NCBI GenBank assembly: GCA_047975285.1 | Contig: JBKEDG010000052.1 | Coordinates: 1,415-65,414 of the forward strand | Source: Bacilli bacterium | Lineage (GTDB): Bacteria > Bacillota_I > Bacilli_A > JBKEDG01 | Direction of reading: 5' to 3' | DNA length: 64,000 nt | In this document: one piece after another, positions 32,862-43,457 of the stretch | How positions within the stretch are numbered: the stretch's first letter is position 1 | How the letters are laid out: each line of letters starts with the position of its first letter | Position numbers and translations under genes: made by a program | The notes under the pieces: model-generated | Database searches by the model: none | Seen by the model: the letters and a program-made list of their open reading frames with translations, nothing else | Told to the model about the DNA's origin: nothing

Positions 32862-33987
32862 GGTTTATTTAGATAATTCAGGAAGTACGGTTGTTCTTGA
32901 TGAGGTGTTAGAAACATATATTACTGTGTCTAAAAAGTATTACGCCAATAGTTCGGCTGTTCATAATTTAGCAAATGAAGGAAGACTACTTTTTAATGAA
33001 TCAAAAAAACAAATTGCTAGTTTATGCAATGTTTTGGAAGAAGAGATATTTTTCACTTCTGGAGCAAGTGAGTCAATTAATACAGCTATAAAAGGATATG
33101 TGTTAAGAAATTTAAAAAGGAAGAATCATATTATAGTTACAACTATTGATCATTCTAGTACACTAAATACAGTTAAGTACTTAAAAGATAAATTTAATAT
33201 TATTGTTGATTATGTATCACCAGAGAATGGGGAAATAACTTCTGAAATGATTATGGAATATGTTAATGAAGATACTTTGATGGTAAGTCTCCCTCATGTT
33301 CAAAGTGAAACAGGATATATTTTACCAATAGAAGAGATTGCAAAAGTATTAAAAAATAATAAAATAGTTTTTCATGTAGATGCTTCCCAGTCAATAGGTA
33401 AGATTCCAATTGAATTTTCAAATTATGATATGATTTCTGCTTCATTTCATAAAATTCATGGTGTAAAGGGAATAGGGTTGTTATATAAAAAAAAGAATGT
33501 GTTAATAGACGAACTAATTCATGGAGGTAATCAACAGACTGTAAGAAGTGGAACGATTAATTTACCTGCATGTGTTTCTAGTTCTAGATGTTTAAGACTG
33601 ATTTTTGAAGATTTAAAACAAAGTTATTTAAAGGTTTGTAAGTTAAATGAAATGCTTAGGAAATATTTTAATACAAGAGATGATGTGGTTATTAATAGCA
33701 GTAATAATTGCTCTCCGTATATTCTAAATATTAGTTTAAAAGATATAAATAGTGCAGCATTATCTAGAAGAATGTGGAATTTAGGTTATTTTTTCTCAAA
33801 TAATACTTCTTGCAATTCTAATAAAGATTATTCTAATGCAATTTTAGAATTTACAAATGATTTAAAATTGGCCGCAAATTCGATTAGAATTTCCATTAGT
33901 AAGTTCACGACAGAATTAGAAATAAAATCATTTATAGCTATATTTGAAGAATCAATAGATAAAGTGAGGGGTAATGATTGTGGATAA
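32854..33987 (+). CDS. Cysteine desulfurase (class V aminotransferase, NifS/NifZ-like) partnering ThiI
   Basis: PLP-lysine motif SASFHKIHGVKGIGLLY, 377 aa, 8-nt overlap with ezrA and directly upstream of thiI. Confidence 0.8.
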   Translation: MNKVYLDNSGSTVVLDEVLETYITVSKKYYANSSAVHNLANEGRLLFNESKKQIASLCNVLEEEIFFTSGASESINTAIKGYVLRNLKRKNHIIVTTIDHSSTLNTVKYLKDKFNIIVDYVSPENGEITSEMIMEYVNEDTLMVSLPHVQSETGYILPIEEIAKVLKNNKIVFHVDASQSIGKIPIEFSNYDMISASFHKIHGVKGIGLLYKKKNVLIDELIHGGNQQTVRSGTINLPACVSSSRCLRLIFEDLKQSYLKVCKLNEMLRKYFNTRDDVVINSSNNCSPYILNISLKDINSAALSRRMWNLGYFFSNNTSCNSNKDYSNAILEFTNDLKLAANSIRISISKFTTELEIKSFIAIFEESIDKVRGNDCG

Positions 33988-35164
33988 AATGAATATTTTA
34001 ATTAAGTATGGTGAGTTGACATTAAAAGGGAAGAATGTAAATGTTTTTAAGAATAAATTATGTGATAATATTAAAGTGGCTTTAGAAGAGTTTGACTATA
34101 CAATTAAACAAGCTTATTCTAGACTATATATAGAAATTAATAATACTGATTTTGAAAAAATTAAATTTAAATTATTAACAGTATATGGTATTCATAGTTT
34201 TGCTCCATTTATTTCTTGTAATAATGAGATGTCTGTAATAAAAGAAACAGCATTAGATTATGGCTCTTTTGATGATTATGATACATTTAAAGTAGAAACT
34301 AAAAGAAAAAATAAACGATTTGAACCTAATAGTATTGAAATTTCTAAGGAAGTTGGGGGGTACATTAAAAAATATTCTAAAATGAATGTAGACGTACATA
34401 ATCCAGATTTAAAGATAAAAGTTGAAATTAGAAATAATGAATGTTTGATATATTTTGATGAATATAAAGGGCTAGGGGGCTTGCCAGTTGGTATTAGTGG
34501 AAAAAGTCTATTATTGTTATCTGGGGGAATTGACTCACCTATTGCAGGATACTTGATTAATAAAAGAGGTATTAAATTTGATGCAATACATTTCACTTCA
34601 CCGCCATATACTGCACAAGAATCAGTTGATAAAGTTATAAATTTATGTAATAAATTAGTGTTATATAACGGCGAATTCAAATTGTATTTAGTAAAATTTA
34701 CCAAGGTTCAAGAGAGTTTGTTATCTATTTCAAATGACTCTTATTATATTACAATTATGAGACGAATAATGTATCGTATCTCGGATATGTTATGTAAAGA
34801 ACATAATTATCAAGCGATTATAAATGGGGATTCAATTGGACAAGTTGCATCACAAACTTTAGAAAGTATGAAAGTTGTTGATTCTCTTATATCATACCCA
34901 ATTATCAGACCTTTAGCAATTTTTGATAAAAGTGATATTATTAAAATTTCTAAAAATATTGGTACTTATGATATTAGTATTTTAGATTTTAAAGATTGTT
35001 GCACAACATTTATTCCAAAATCACCTATTATAAAACCTAAAATAGGATTGTGTGAAAAATTAGAAAAAGAAATAAAACTTGAAAATTTAATTATAGATTG
35101 TATTGAAAATATTGAAGTTTTAAGTATTACTACTTCAAATAAAAAATTTAGTAAATTACTTTAG
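33974..35164 (+). CDS. thiI: tRNA 4-thiouridine(8) synthase ThiI
   Basis: THUMP N-terminus, PP-loop LLLSGGIDSPIAGY; start ambiguous (ATG 33974 or ATG 33989). Confidence 0.85.
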   Translation: MIVDKMNILIKYGELTLKGKNVNVFKNKLCDNIKVALEEFDYTIKQAYSRLYIEINNTDFEKIKFKLLTVYGIHSFAPFISCNNEMSVIKETALDYGSFDDYDTFKVETKRKNKRFEPNSIEISKEVGGYIKKYSKMNVDVHNPDLKIKVEIRNNECLIYFDEYKGLGGLPVGISGKSLLLLSGGIDSPIAGYLINKRGIKFDAIHFTSPPYTAQESVDKVINLCNKLVLYNGEFKLYLVKFTKVQESLLSISNDSYYITIMRRIMYRISDMLCKEHNYQAIINGDSIGQVASQTLESMKVVDSLISYPIIRPLAIFDKSDIIKISKNIGTYDISILDFKDCCTTFIPKSPIIKPKIGLCEKLEKEIKLENLIIDCIENIEVLSITTSNKKFSKLL

Positions 35165-35172
35165 GAGAATAT

Positions 35173-36603
35173 ATGAAAGAAAGTTATGATGTAATAATTG
35201 TTGGAGCAGGACCTGCAGGAATTTTCACAGCCTACGAGTTGGTTGAAAAAAATAGAACTTTAAAAATACTGTTATTAGATAAAGGACTAAATATTTATGA
35301 GCGAAAATGCCCTATTTTAGAAAAGAAAATTCCAAAATGTCCTGTTAATAAAGATGGTGTTAGTGGCTGTAGTCCAGCATGTAGTATTACTTCTGGTTTT
35401 GGAGGTGCTGGTGCGTATTCAGATGGAAAGTTTAATATTACTAGTGAATTTGGTGGATGGATGACAGATTATATGCCAAATCATGAAGTAGAATCTGTAA
35501 TTAAATATGTTGATGCAATAAATTTGAAACACGGAGCAATTTCAAAAAAAACTGATCCAACTACAGAAAAAGTTAAAAATATTGAACGTGAAGGAATGGG
35601 CTATGGTCTAAAATTGCTACGAAGTGAAGTTAGACATTTAGGGACTGAACAAAATTTGCAAATATTACAAAGGATTTATGAATATTTGTTAGATAAAATT
35701 GATATGGTATATAAAACTACATGTGATGATATAATTGTTGAAAATGATAAAATTAAGGGAATTGTATCAGGGAATAAATCTGTTTATAGTAAGTATGTAG
35801 TTGTTGGACCAGGTAGAGATGGAAGTAAATGGCTTAGTAAAATATGTAAAAATCATGGGATAAAAATGACAAATAATCAAGTAGATATTGGTGTTAGAGT
35901 TGAGACAAATGATATCATTATGGATGAAATTAACAAACATCTCTATGAAGGAAAATTTATTTTTAGAACAAGTGTAGGAACTACTGTTAGAACATTTTGT
36001 TCTAATCCTAGTGGGCATGTAGTTGTTGAAAATCACTCTGGGATAATGCTTGCTAATGGACACGCATATAAAGATGAGGGGTTGGGTAGTAGAAATACAA
36101 ATTTTGCACTACTTGTTTCACATCAATTTGAAGAACCCTTCAATCGTCCAAATGAATATGCAAGTGATATTAGCTCTCTTGCTAATAAATTAAGCAATGG
36201 CTCAATAATAGTACAAAAATATGGTGATATAAAAAATGGAAGAAGGACTACGAAGAAAAGACTTGAAGAAGGGTTCGTAATACCAACATTAAAAGAAGCA
36301 GTACCAGGTGATCTTGGCTTGGTATTACCGTATAATACAATGAAATCATTAATAGAAATGATTGAGGCGCTTGATTATATTACACCAGGAATTGCTACAG
36401 AACATACTTTATTTTATGGTGTGGAATCTAAATTTTATTCCGCTAGACCTAAAGTAAACAAAAAATTTGAATCTAAGATTTCAAATCTATTTTTGATTGG
36501 AGATGGTGCTGGTATAACCAGAGGACTAGCTCAAGCTGGTGCAAATGGTGTTGTTGTTGCTAGAGCAATTGTAGATAAAGAAGGAGATAAGTATGAAGAA
36601 TAG
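35173..36603 (+). CDS. FAD-dependent oxidoreductase (uncharacterised HI0933/COG2509-like flavoprotein with Cys-rich insert)
   Basis: YDVIIVGAGPAGIF dinucleotide-binding motif, CPxxxxKIPKCP...CSPAC cysteine cluster, 476 aa. Confidence 0.6.
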   Translation: MKESYDVIIVGAGPAGIFTAYELVEKNRTLKILLLDKGLNIYERKCPILEKKIPKCPVNKDGVSGCSPACSITSGFGGAGAYSDGKFNITSEFGGWMTDYMPNHEVESVIKYVDAINLKHGAISKKTDPTTEKVKNIEREGMGYGLKLLRSEVRHLGTEQNLQILQRIYEYLLDKIDMVYKTTCDDIIVENDKIKGIVSGNKSVYSKYVVVGPGRDGSKWLSKICKNHGIKMTNNQVDIGVRVETNDIIMDEINKHLYEGKFIFRTSVGTTVRTFCSNPSGHVVVENHSGIMLANGHAYKDEGLGSRNTNFALLVSHQFEEPFNRPNEYASDISSLANKLSNGSIIVQKYGDIKNGRRTTKKRLEEGFVIPTLKEAVPGDLGLVLPYNTMKSLIEMIEALDYITPGIATEHTLFYGVESKFYSARPKVNKKFESKISNLFLIGDGAGITRGLAQAGANGVVVARAIVDKEGDKYEE

Positions 36604-37873
36604 TGCAGTAGTTGTTGGAACACAATGGGGAGATGAAGGTAAAGGGAAAATAACTGATTATCTTGCATCTAAGGCAGATGTTGTTGTGCGATATCAAGGG
36701 GGTAATAATGCAGGGCATACGATTGTATTCAATGATAATAAATATGCACTACATTTAATTCCATCAGGAATATTTGATAGCAGTACCACAAATGTTTTAG
36801 CAAACGGAATGGTTATTAACCCAGACGCGTTAAAGCAAGAATTAGATTATATTAAAAGCCATGGTTTTACTAATTTTAAATTGAAAATTAGTGACAGAGC
36901 GCATATTGTTATGCCGTATCATATTGATTTAGATGGTTATTATGAATCAATTAGTAATGAAAATAAGGTTGGAACTACAAAAAAAGGAATTGGTCCTGCA
37001 TATACTGATAAAGCTTCTAGATTTGGAATTCGTGTTTATGATTTATTTGATGAAGATGTCTTAAGGTCAAAGATTGAATTTAATTTAAAAATTAAGAAGG
37101 ATTTATTAGAAAAATGTAATGTTAATTATACAGTTGATAGTTTAGTTAATTATTTAAATAATTATAAAGAGATTTTTCAAAACTATGTTACTGATACTTC
37201 AAAATTCTTGAATGATATGCTCTCAAATAATAAAAAAATTTTATTTGAAGGAGCGCAAGGAATTATGTTGTGTTTGGATCATGGAACGTATCCATTTGTT
37301 ACTAGTTCTTCCCCAACTGCTTCTTCAATTCCTTTAAATGCTGGGATAAGCGTTAAATATGTTAATAATGTAGTTGGAATAAGTAAAGCATATTCTACTC
37401 GTGTAGGAGAAGGAGCATTTCCTACAGAATTTGAAGATGATATTTCAATAAAAATTAGAGATATTGGAAATGAATATGGAACTACTACTGGAAGACCTAG
37501 GCGTATTGGATGGTTTGATTGTGTAGTAGTTAAACACTCTATTCGTGTTGGAAGTATTGATACTTTGTCAATTATGCTTCTTGATGTTTTAACAGGAATT
37601 AGCGAATTACAAATATGTACGCACTACAAACTTAATGGAGAATTAATAGATTATGTTCCAGGATATATTAAAGACTTTGATAAATGTGTACCAGTGTTTA
37701 TTAAAACTCCAGGTTGGACTGAAGATATTACAGGAATTAAATCGTATGAAGATTTACCAGATAATGCTAAGAAATACTTAAATTTAATTGAGAAGTATTG
37801 TAATACTAAAATATCAATGTTTTCAGTTGGTCCTGATCGTTTACAAACTGTTGTAATTAAGGAAATATATTAA
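36593..37873 (+). CDS. purA: Adenylosuccinate synthetase
   Basis: GTQWGDEGKGKITD P-loop, GNNAGHT, TTKKGIGPAY. Confidence 0.95.
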   Translation: MKNSAVVVGTQWGDEGKGKITDYLASKADVVVRYQGGNNAGHTIVFNDNKYALHLIPSGIFDSSTTNVLANGMVINPDALKQELDYIKSHGFTNFKLKISDRAHIVMPYHIDLDGYYESISNENKVGTTKKGIGPAYTDKASRFGIRVYDLFDEDVLRSKIEFNLKIKKDLLEKCNVNYTVDSLVNYLNNYKEIFQNYVTDTSKFLNDMLSNNKKILFEGAQGIMLCLDHGTYPFVTSSSPTASSIPLNAGISVKYVNNVVGISKAYSTRVGEGAFPTEFEDDISIKIRDIGNEYGTTTGRPRRIGWFDCVVVKHSIRVGSIDTLSIMLLDVLTGISELQICTHYKLNGELIDYVPGYIKDFDKCVPVFIKTPGWTEDITGIKSYEDLPDNAKKYLNLIEKYCNTKISMFSVGPDRLQTVVIKEIY

Positions 37874-38670
37874 TGGTTTTGGATGGTAAAATTATTAGTG
37901 ATGCTATTTTAAATAATCTTAATATTAAAGGGAAAAAATTAGTAGTAATTAGTGTAGGAAATGACAAACGTGCTATTTCTTATTTAAGAGGAATAGAATC
38001 TAAAGCTAGTAAAGTAGGTGTTATAGTGGAACACTTATCCCTTAATAGTGATACTACAAATGATGAATATATTAAACAAATTTTGTTATTAAATGATACT
38101 GCTGATGCAATACTTTTACTTACTCCATTGGAGGAACACCTGAATCTTAATGAAATTGTAGGTAATTTAGATAATAAAAAAGATGTAGATTGTTTAACAA
38201 AATACAATAATGGAAGATTCTATTTATCAACAAATGAAGTGGTATCTCCTTGTACTGCTTTAGCTGTTATGGAAATATTTAAATTCAATAAATATGATCT
38301 TACTTCTAAAAAAGTATGCATAGTTGGTGCTTCTAATATTGTTGGTAAACCTTTAACAAAATTAATGCTTAGTGCTAATGCTACAGTTACTGTTTGTAAT
38401 TACTATACAAATGATTTAGCAAAACATACTAGTGAAAGTGATATTATTGTTATGGCTTGTGGTGTACCAAAATTACTAAAAAAAGAGTACATAAAAAATA
38501 ATGCTATTATCATAGACGTTGGAATAAATTTTGTTGATGGTAAATTATGTGGAGACGTTGATTATGAAGATTGCTCGCTGAAGTCTAAATTTATTACAAC
38601 AGTTCCTGGAGGAGTTGGAAGTATTACTTCGTCAATAATTTTTAAAAATATGAGTTTACTTAATAAATAG
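37873..38670 (+). CDS. folD: Bifunctional methylenetetrahydrofolate dehydrogenase/cyclohydrolase
   Basis: VGNDKRAISYLRG..., TPCTALAV-like SPCTALAVMEI, Rossmann VCIVGASNIVGKP, PGGVGSIT C-terminus. Confidence 0.8.
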   Translation: MVLDGKIISDAILNNLNIKGKKLVVISVGNDKRAISYLRGIESKASKVGVIVEHLSLNSDTTNDEYIKQILLLNDTADAILLLTPLEEHLNLNEIVGNLDNKKDVDCLTKYNNGRFYLSTNEVVSPCTALAVMEIFKFNKYDLTSKKVCIVGASNIVGKPLTKLMLSANATVTVCNYYTNDLAKHTSESDIIVMACGVPKLLKKEYIKNNAIIIDVGINFVDGKLCGDVDYEDCSLKSKFITTVPGGVGSITSSIIFKNMSLLNK

Positions 38671-38680
38671 GAGTTTTAAT

Positions 38681-39451
38681 ATGGATAATATTATAATTTT
38701 ATCAGATGGTAATGGTTATCATGTACAAAATGTTTTAGAAATGTATAATTCCCATTTAACAAGTGAATATGACTTAGACACATATTCATATATTAGAAAT
38801 ATTGAAGAAATAAAGAAAATTTTAAAAGTAACTTATTATAAAAAAAGTATTCTAGTATATGCTCTATTGAGAAATGAGCACAAAGAATTTGTTAGAAAAT
38901 TTTGTAAAAAACATCAGTTGAGTTCTGTAAATATTTTTAAAGACTATGATAAAATACATTCTCAAAATTATAGTTTTACTACGTATAATGCAGAATTAGA
39001 TGATAAATATTTTAATCAAGTTGATTGTATAGAATTTGCAATTGATAATGATGATGGAAAAAATTATAAAAAAATTTTAGATGCCGATATAATTATATTA
39101 GGTGTAAGTAGGACTGGGAAAACTCCACTAAGTATTTTTTTGGCAATGAAAGGTTATAAGGTTATTAATATACCACTTTTTAATGGAATGGAAATACCCA
39201 AGGAATTATATAAAGTGTCAAGATATAAAATTTTTGGGTTAATTAATTCTGTAGAAAAAATTACTACTATAAGAAAAAATCGGATAAAAATGTCAAATAC
39301 TAAATATACTAATGAAAATAGTATTATGTGTGAGTTGAATTTCGCATATACACTATACAATAACTTAGAATGTGATATAATAAATTCAGAAGACCAAGCA
39401 GTTGAGGAAATTGCACATTATGTTGAAAATAAAATAAAGGAGAATTTATAA
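38681..39451 (+). CDS. Pyruvate, phosphate dikinase regulatory protein (PDRP, DUF299)
   Basis: P-loop ILGVSRTGKTPLSIFLAMKGYKVINIPL matches the bifunctional kinase/pyrophosphorylase family; directly upstream of ppdK. Confidence 0.8.
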   Translation: MDNIIILSDGNGYHVQNVLEMYNSHLTSEYDLDTYSYIRNIEEIKKILKVTYYKKSILVYALLRNEHKEFVRKFCKKHQLSSVNIFKDYDKIHSQNYSFTTYNAELDDKYFNQVDCIEFAIDNDDGKNYKKILDADIIILGVSRTGKTPLSIFLAMKGYKVINIPLFNGMEIPKELYKVSRYKIFGLINSVEKITTIRKNRIKMSNTKYTNENSIMCELNFAYTLYNNLECDIINSEDQAVEEIAHYVENKIKENL

Positions 39452-39452
39452 T

Positions 39453-42089
39453 ATGAAATATGTTTACAACTTAAGAGAAGGTAACAAAGATATGAGAAGT
39501 CTACTTGGTGGAAAAGGTGCAAATTTATCAGAGATGTGTGTATTAAATTTGAACGTTCCTAGTGGTTTTATTATTACAACGGATGCGTGTAAGGACTATT
39601 TATTAAATAAAAATGATTTAAATACTGAGATTGTTGATCAAATTATTGCTGAAATTAAGAAAGTTGAAGAAATGACAAAAAAAAATTTTGGTAGAGATGG
39701 GAACACACTTTTGTTTTCTGTAAGATCTGGAGCTCCTATTTCAATGCCTGGAATGATGGATACAATCTTAAATTTAGGTTTAAATGATAATACTGTTATT
39801 GAATTTGCTAGTGAAACTGATAATGAAGTAATGGCTTATGATTGTTATAGACGTTTGATTCAAATGTATGGAAATGTTGTTTATGGTGTTTCTTCTGCAA
39901 AATTTGAAAAAGCGCTTGAAAATCATATGATAAATTGTGAAGTGAAAAATGAAAGAGAATTTAGTGCGGATAATTTAAAAGCCTTAATTCCTATCTATAA
40001 GAAAATATTTATAGAAAATTGTGGTAAAGAGTTCCCACAAAATGTTGGTGTACAACTATTAAGTGCAGTTGAATCAGTATTTTCATCATGGAATAATGAT
40101 AGAGCTAAAACATATCGTAAAATTAATAAGATTTCAGATGATTTAGGAACAGCAGTAGTTGTACAAGAAATGGTTTTTGGTAACTATAATGATGATAGTG
40201 CTACAGGAGTATTATTTTCAAGAAATCCAAATACTGGAGAAAAAGGTATTTATGGGGAATTTTTAATTAATGCACAAGGTGAAGATGTTGTTGCTGGAAT
40301 TAGAACGCCTTTAAATATTGATGAAATGATTAAAGTTATGCCTACAACCTATAAAGAATTAGAAAAAATCGCTTTATATTTAGAAGAATACTATAAAGAT
40401 ATGCAAGATATTGAGTTTACAATTGAAAATCAAAATTTATTTATTCTACAGACAAGAAATGCACAAAGAAGTAACAAAGCAAAAATCAAATGTTTACTTG
40501 ATATGCTTGAAAATAAAGAAATTTCTAAAATTGACTTTATTAAACGTATTGATATAGAAGATGTGGAAACATATTTATTTTCTCAGTTTGATCAAGATGC
40601 ATTAAAAGATCATGAATTATTTGCAAAAGGTTTACCAGCAAGTTCAGGAGCAGCATCTGGTAAGATTTGTTTTACAGAAGCTGATGTGAATGAAGTTGTT
40701 TCTAAGGGGGAAAAAGCTATTTTGGTTAGAAATGAAACGTCTCCAGAAGATATTTCAAGTATGCATTATAGTGATGCAATTGTTACAGCACTTGGAGGAA
40801 TGACTTCACATGCAGCTGTTGTAGCACGTGGTATGGGGAAATGTTGTGTGTGTGGTGCAACAGGGCTCGTTGTTAGTGAATCTAAAAAGAATGCAATTTT
40901 TAATAATATGGAGTTAAAATTAGGCGATGTTATAAGTGTTAATGGAACTACAGGAGAAGTTTATGTTGGAGAAGTTCCTGTTAAAGACGCAACACTAGAT
41001 GATAATTTTTATAAGATGATGGATATTATTGATGAAATTAAAGAAATTGATGTTTATGCAAATGCTGATGAAGGTAATACAGGTGTTGAAGCTATTAAAT
41101 ACGGTGCTGAAGGTGTTGGACTTGTTAGAACAGAGCATATGTTCTTTGAGGATGGTAGACTTCAAGATATGCAAGCTTTAATTATGAGTGATACCCTTGA
41201 TGAAAGAGTAGAGTTTTTAAAGAAAATGTCAAAGTATCAAATTGATGATTTTGTAAATTTACTTGATGTTATGGAAACACGTCCAGTATCAATAAGGCTT
41301 CTGGATCCACCACTTCATGAATTTCTTCCAAAAAAACTATCTCAAGCAAAAGTTTTAGCTGAAAAATTAGGTATTACTGTTGAAGATATTAGAAAAAAAG
41401 CAAGACTTTTACAAGAAGAGAACCCAATGCTTGGTCATCGTGGATGTCGTTTGGCTATAAGTTATCCTGAAATTTATCAAATGCAAGTGGAATCTATTGT
41501 TACAGCTGTAGTACTAAGAAAAAATTGTGGTTTGGATAGTAATGTTAAAATATTATTACCACTTATAACAGAAGAAAACGAATTAATTTATTTGAAGAAA
41601 ATAATTGATTTAACTACAGAGAGATTATTGAATGGTCAAGACATTGATATTAATATTTCATTAGGTGTAATGATTGAAACTCCAAGAGCTGCATTAATTA
41701 GTGATCGTTTAAGTAAATATGTTGATTTCTTTAGTTATGGTACTAACGATTTAACTCAATTAACTTATGGTTTTAGTAGAGATGATGTAGCAATGTTCTT
41801 ACCTAATTATTTTGAAAAAAATATTTTAGGGTTTGACCCTTTTGTTTCAATTGATAAATTAGCAGTTGGAAAACTTGTAATTCTTTCTAATCAATTTGGT
41901 AAAGTTGCTAATCCTAACTTAACAACAGGTATTTGTGGAGAACATGGAGGAGATTTTGAATCTGTACAATTTGCATATAATATAGGGTTAGATTATGTTT
42001 CTTGTGGTCCAAAAAGAATTCCTGTTGCAAAATTAGCAGCTGCGAAGGCAGTTATAGAAACGGGTGGTTCTTGTGAAAAGCAGGTATGA
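39453..42089 (+). CDS. ppdK: Pyruvate, phosphate dikinase
   Basis: Phosphohistidine domain GGMTSHAAVVARGMGKCCV, PEP-utilising C-terminal TIM barrel (CGEHGGD), 878 aa. Confidence 0.95.
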   Translation: MKYVYNLREGNKDMRSLLGGKGANLSEMCVLNLNVPSGFIITTDACKDYLLNKNDLNTEIVDQIIAEIKKVEEMTKKNFGRDGNTLLFSVRSGAPISMPGMMDTILNLGLNDNTVIEFASETDNEVMAYDCYRRLIQMYGNVVYGVSSAKFEKALENHMINCEVKNEREFSADNLKALIPIYKKIFIENCGKEFPQNVGVQLLSAVESVFSSWNNDRAKTYRKINKISDDLGTAVVVQEMVFGNYNDDSATGVLFSRNPNTGEKGIYGEFLINAQGEDVVAGIRTPLNIDEMIKVMPTTYKELEKIALYLEEYYKDMQDIEFTIENQNLFILQTRNAQRSNKAKIKCLLDMLENKEISKIDFIKRIDIEDVETYLFSQFDQDALKDHELFAKGLPASSGAASGKICFTEADVNEVVSKGEKAILVRNETSPEDISSMHYSDAIVTALGGMTSHAAVVARGMGKCCVCGATGLVVSESKKNAIFNNMELKLGDVISVNGTTGEVYVGEVPVKDATLDDNFYKMMDIIDEIKEIDVYANADEGNTGVEAIKYGAEGVGLVRTEHMFFEDGRLQDMQALIMSDTLDERVEFLKKMSKYQIDDFVNLLDVMETRPVSIRLLDPPLHEFLPKKLSQAKVLAEKLGITVEDIRKKARLLQEENPMLGHRGCRLAISYPEIYQMQVESIVTAVVLRKNCGLDSNVKILLPLITEENELIYLKKIIDLTTERLLNGQDIDINISLGVMIETPRAALISDRLSKYVDFFSYGTNDLTQLTYGFSRDDVAMFLPNYFEKNILGFDPFVSIDKLAVGKLVILSNQFGKVANPNLTTGICGEHGGDFESVQFAYNIGLDYVSCGPKRIPVAKLAAAKAVIETGGSCEKQV

Positions 42090-42810
42090 TAAAAATCAAG
42101 AATTATATGCTAAAGTAAAGAATAATGACTATGACGATTATAATAACGGTATAGAAGATTTTAATATTGAATTTGAAGCAAAAGAAAGTAGAAAAAAGTT
42201 TCAAGAGAAAAAAAGATTAAGCATTTATTTTAAAGATATAGAGCAAGAATTAGAAAGTGCTAATGAGAAATTTAGTAATATTTCTAATTCTCGTGGGCTT
42301 GAGATAAAAAAAGATGCGGATCTTAAAACTTTAATAGAACAAGCTAAAAAGAATCATCGTGAAAATGGCGGAAATATCTTTTCTAATACTCAGTATGAAA
42401 TATTAAGTAGTTTAAATGTAGAAGAGTCTGATGTTGAAGAAGATAGTAATTTGATGTTAGAAGAAATAATTGGGCAGACAATGGAACTTGATTTGGAAAA
42501 TCAGTTAATTTCTGATGATTTCTCTGATTCTATCGTACAATTAAATGATATTAGTGATTATATTGAGAATGATGATGAAGTTGATGATGATGAAGATGAA
42601 GAAGATGACGATTACGATGATTGTCTTAAACCAGAATATGATAATGTTAAAGATATAAAAACTAAAGATAAAAATAATTTAGATGATAATAACAATGATA
42701 TCTATAATAAAAATGATAAAATGTTAACAATATTATTAGTGCTAATGATAATAGCGCTAGTATTAGTAGTGATTGTTATTGGTACACAATATGTTGGTGA
42801 TTTAATATGA
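42064..42810 (+). CDS. Hypothetical highly acidic protein with C-terminal membrane anchor
   Basis: ORF (GTG at 42064 overlapping the ppdK 3' end; true start uncertain) rich in D/E with (GAT/GAA)n-encoded DDEVDDDEDEEDDDYDD run, single C-terminal TM LTILLVLMIIALVLVVIVIG; ATGA coupling to cmk. Confidence 0.4.
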   Translation: MVLVKSRYDKNQELYAKVKNNDYDDYNNGIEDFNIEFEAKESRKKFQEKKRLSIYFKDIEQELESANEKFSNISNSRGLEIKKDADLKTLIEQAKKNHRENGGNIFSNTQYEILSSLNVEESDVEEDSNLMLEEIIGQTMELDLENQLISDDFSDSIVQLNDISDYIENDDEVDDDEDEEDDDYDDCLKPEYDNVKDIKTKDKNNLDDNNNDIYNKNDKMLTILLVLMIIALVLVVIVIGTQYVGDLI

Positions 42811-43457
42811 ATATAATAGCTATTGATGGTCCTTCGGGAAGTGGTAAGAGTAGTGTTGCAAAAAAAGTTGCAGAAAAGTTGGGAATTCTATATGTAACAA
42901 GTGGAATATTTTATAGAGCCATTACATATTTAATAGTAAAAGATGATGAGAGTAAAGTCGATGATTTTACTTTCATTTCTGCTGTATTATTAAAAAATAA
43001 ATTAGAATATAATTCAAATAAAATTTTTATAAATTATATTGATTGTACATCTGAAGTTACAAAAGAAATTTATACAAAGTATCTTCCTACTGTAAGTACA
43101 AATTTATGTGTGAGGGATTATGTTAATAAAATATTGAGAAAAATTGCTAAAACAAATATAATTGTAATGGATGGAAGGGATATTGGAACTGCAGTATTTC
43201 CTAATGCAAACTTGAAAATATATTTAGATGCAAGTGTTGAAGTTAGGGCTAAAAGAAGATATGAAGAAGTGAAAAATAAAGGTCATAAATACGACGATAT
43301 TTTATCTAGATTAAAAAATAGAGATAAAATTGATTCTACAAGAAAAATTGCACCTTTAAAAGTTGCAGACGATGCGATTATGATAGATTCAACAAATATG
43401 ACAATAAATGAAGTTGTTGAAAAAATTTGTAAGATTTATAAAGAGGTGATTGAATGA
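42807..43457 (+). CDS. cmk: Cytidylate kinase
   Basis: IIAIDGPSGSGKSSVAKKVAEKLG P-loop, 216 aa. Confidence 0.9.
   Translation: MNIIAIDGPSGSGKSSVAKKVAEKLGILYVTSGIFYRAITYLIVKDDESKVDDFTFISAVLLKNKLEYNSNKIFINYIDCTSEVTKEIYTKYLPTVSTNLCVRDYVNKILRKIAKTNIIVMDGRDIGTAVFPNANLKIYLDASVEVRAKRRYEEVKNKGHKYDDILSRLKNRDKIDSTRKIAPLKVADDAIMIDSTNMTINEVVEKICKIYKEVIE

Noticed and set aside
33263-39360. Antisense ORFs 33263-33445, 34276-34704, 35767-36063, 37980-38207 and 39154-39360
   Set aside because: All are embedded antisense in the csd, thiI, FAD-oxidoreductase, folD and PDRP genes.
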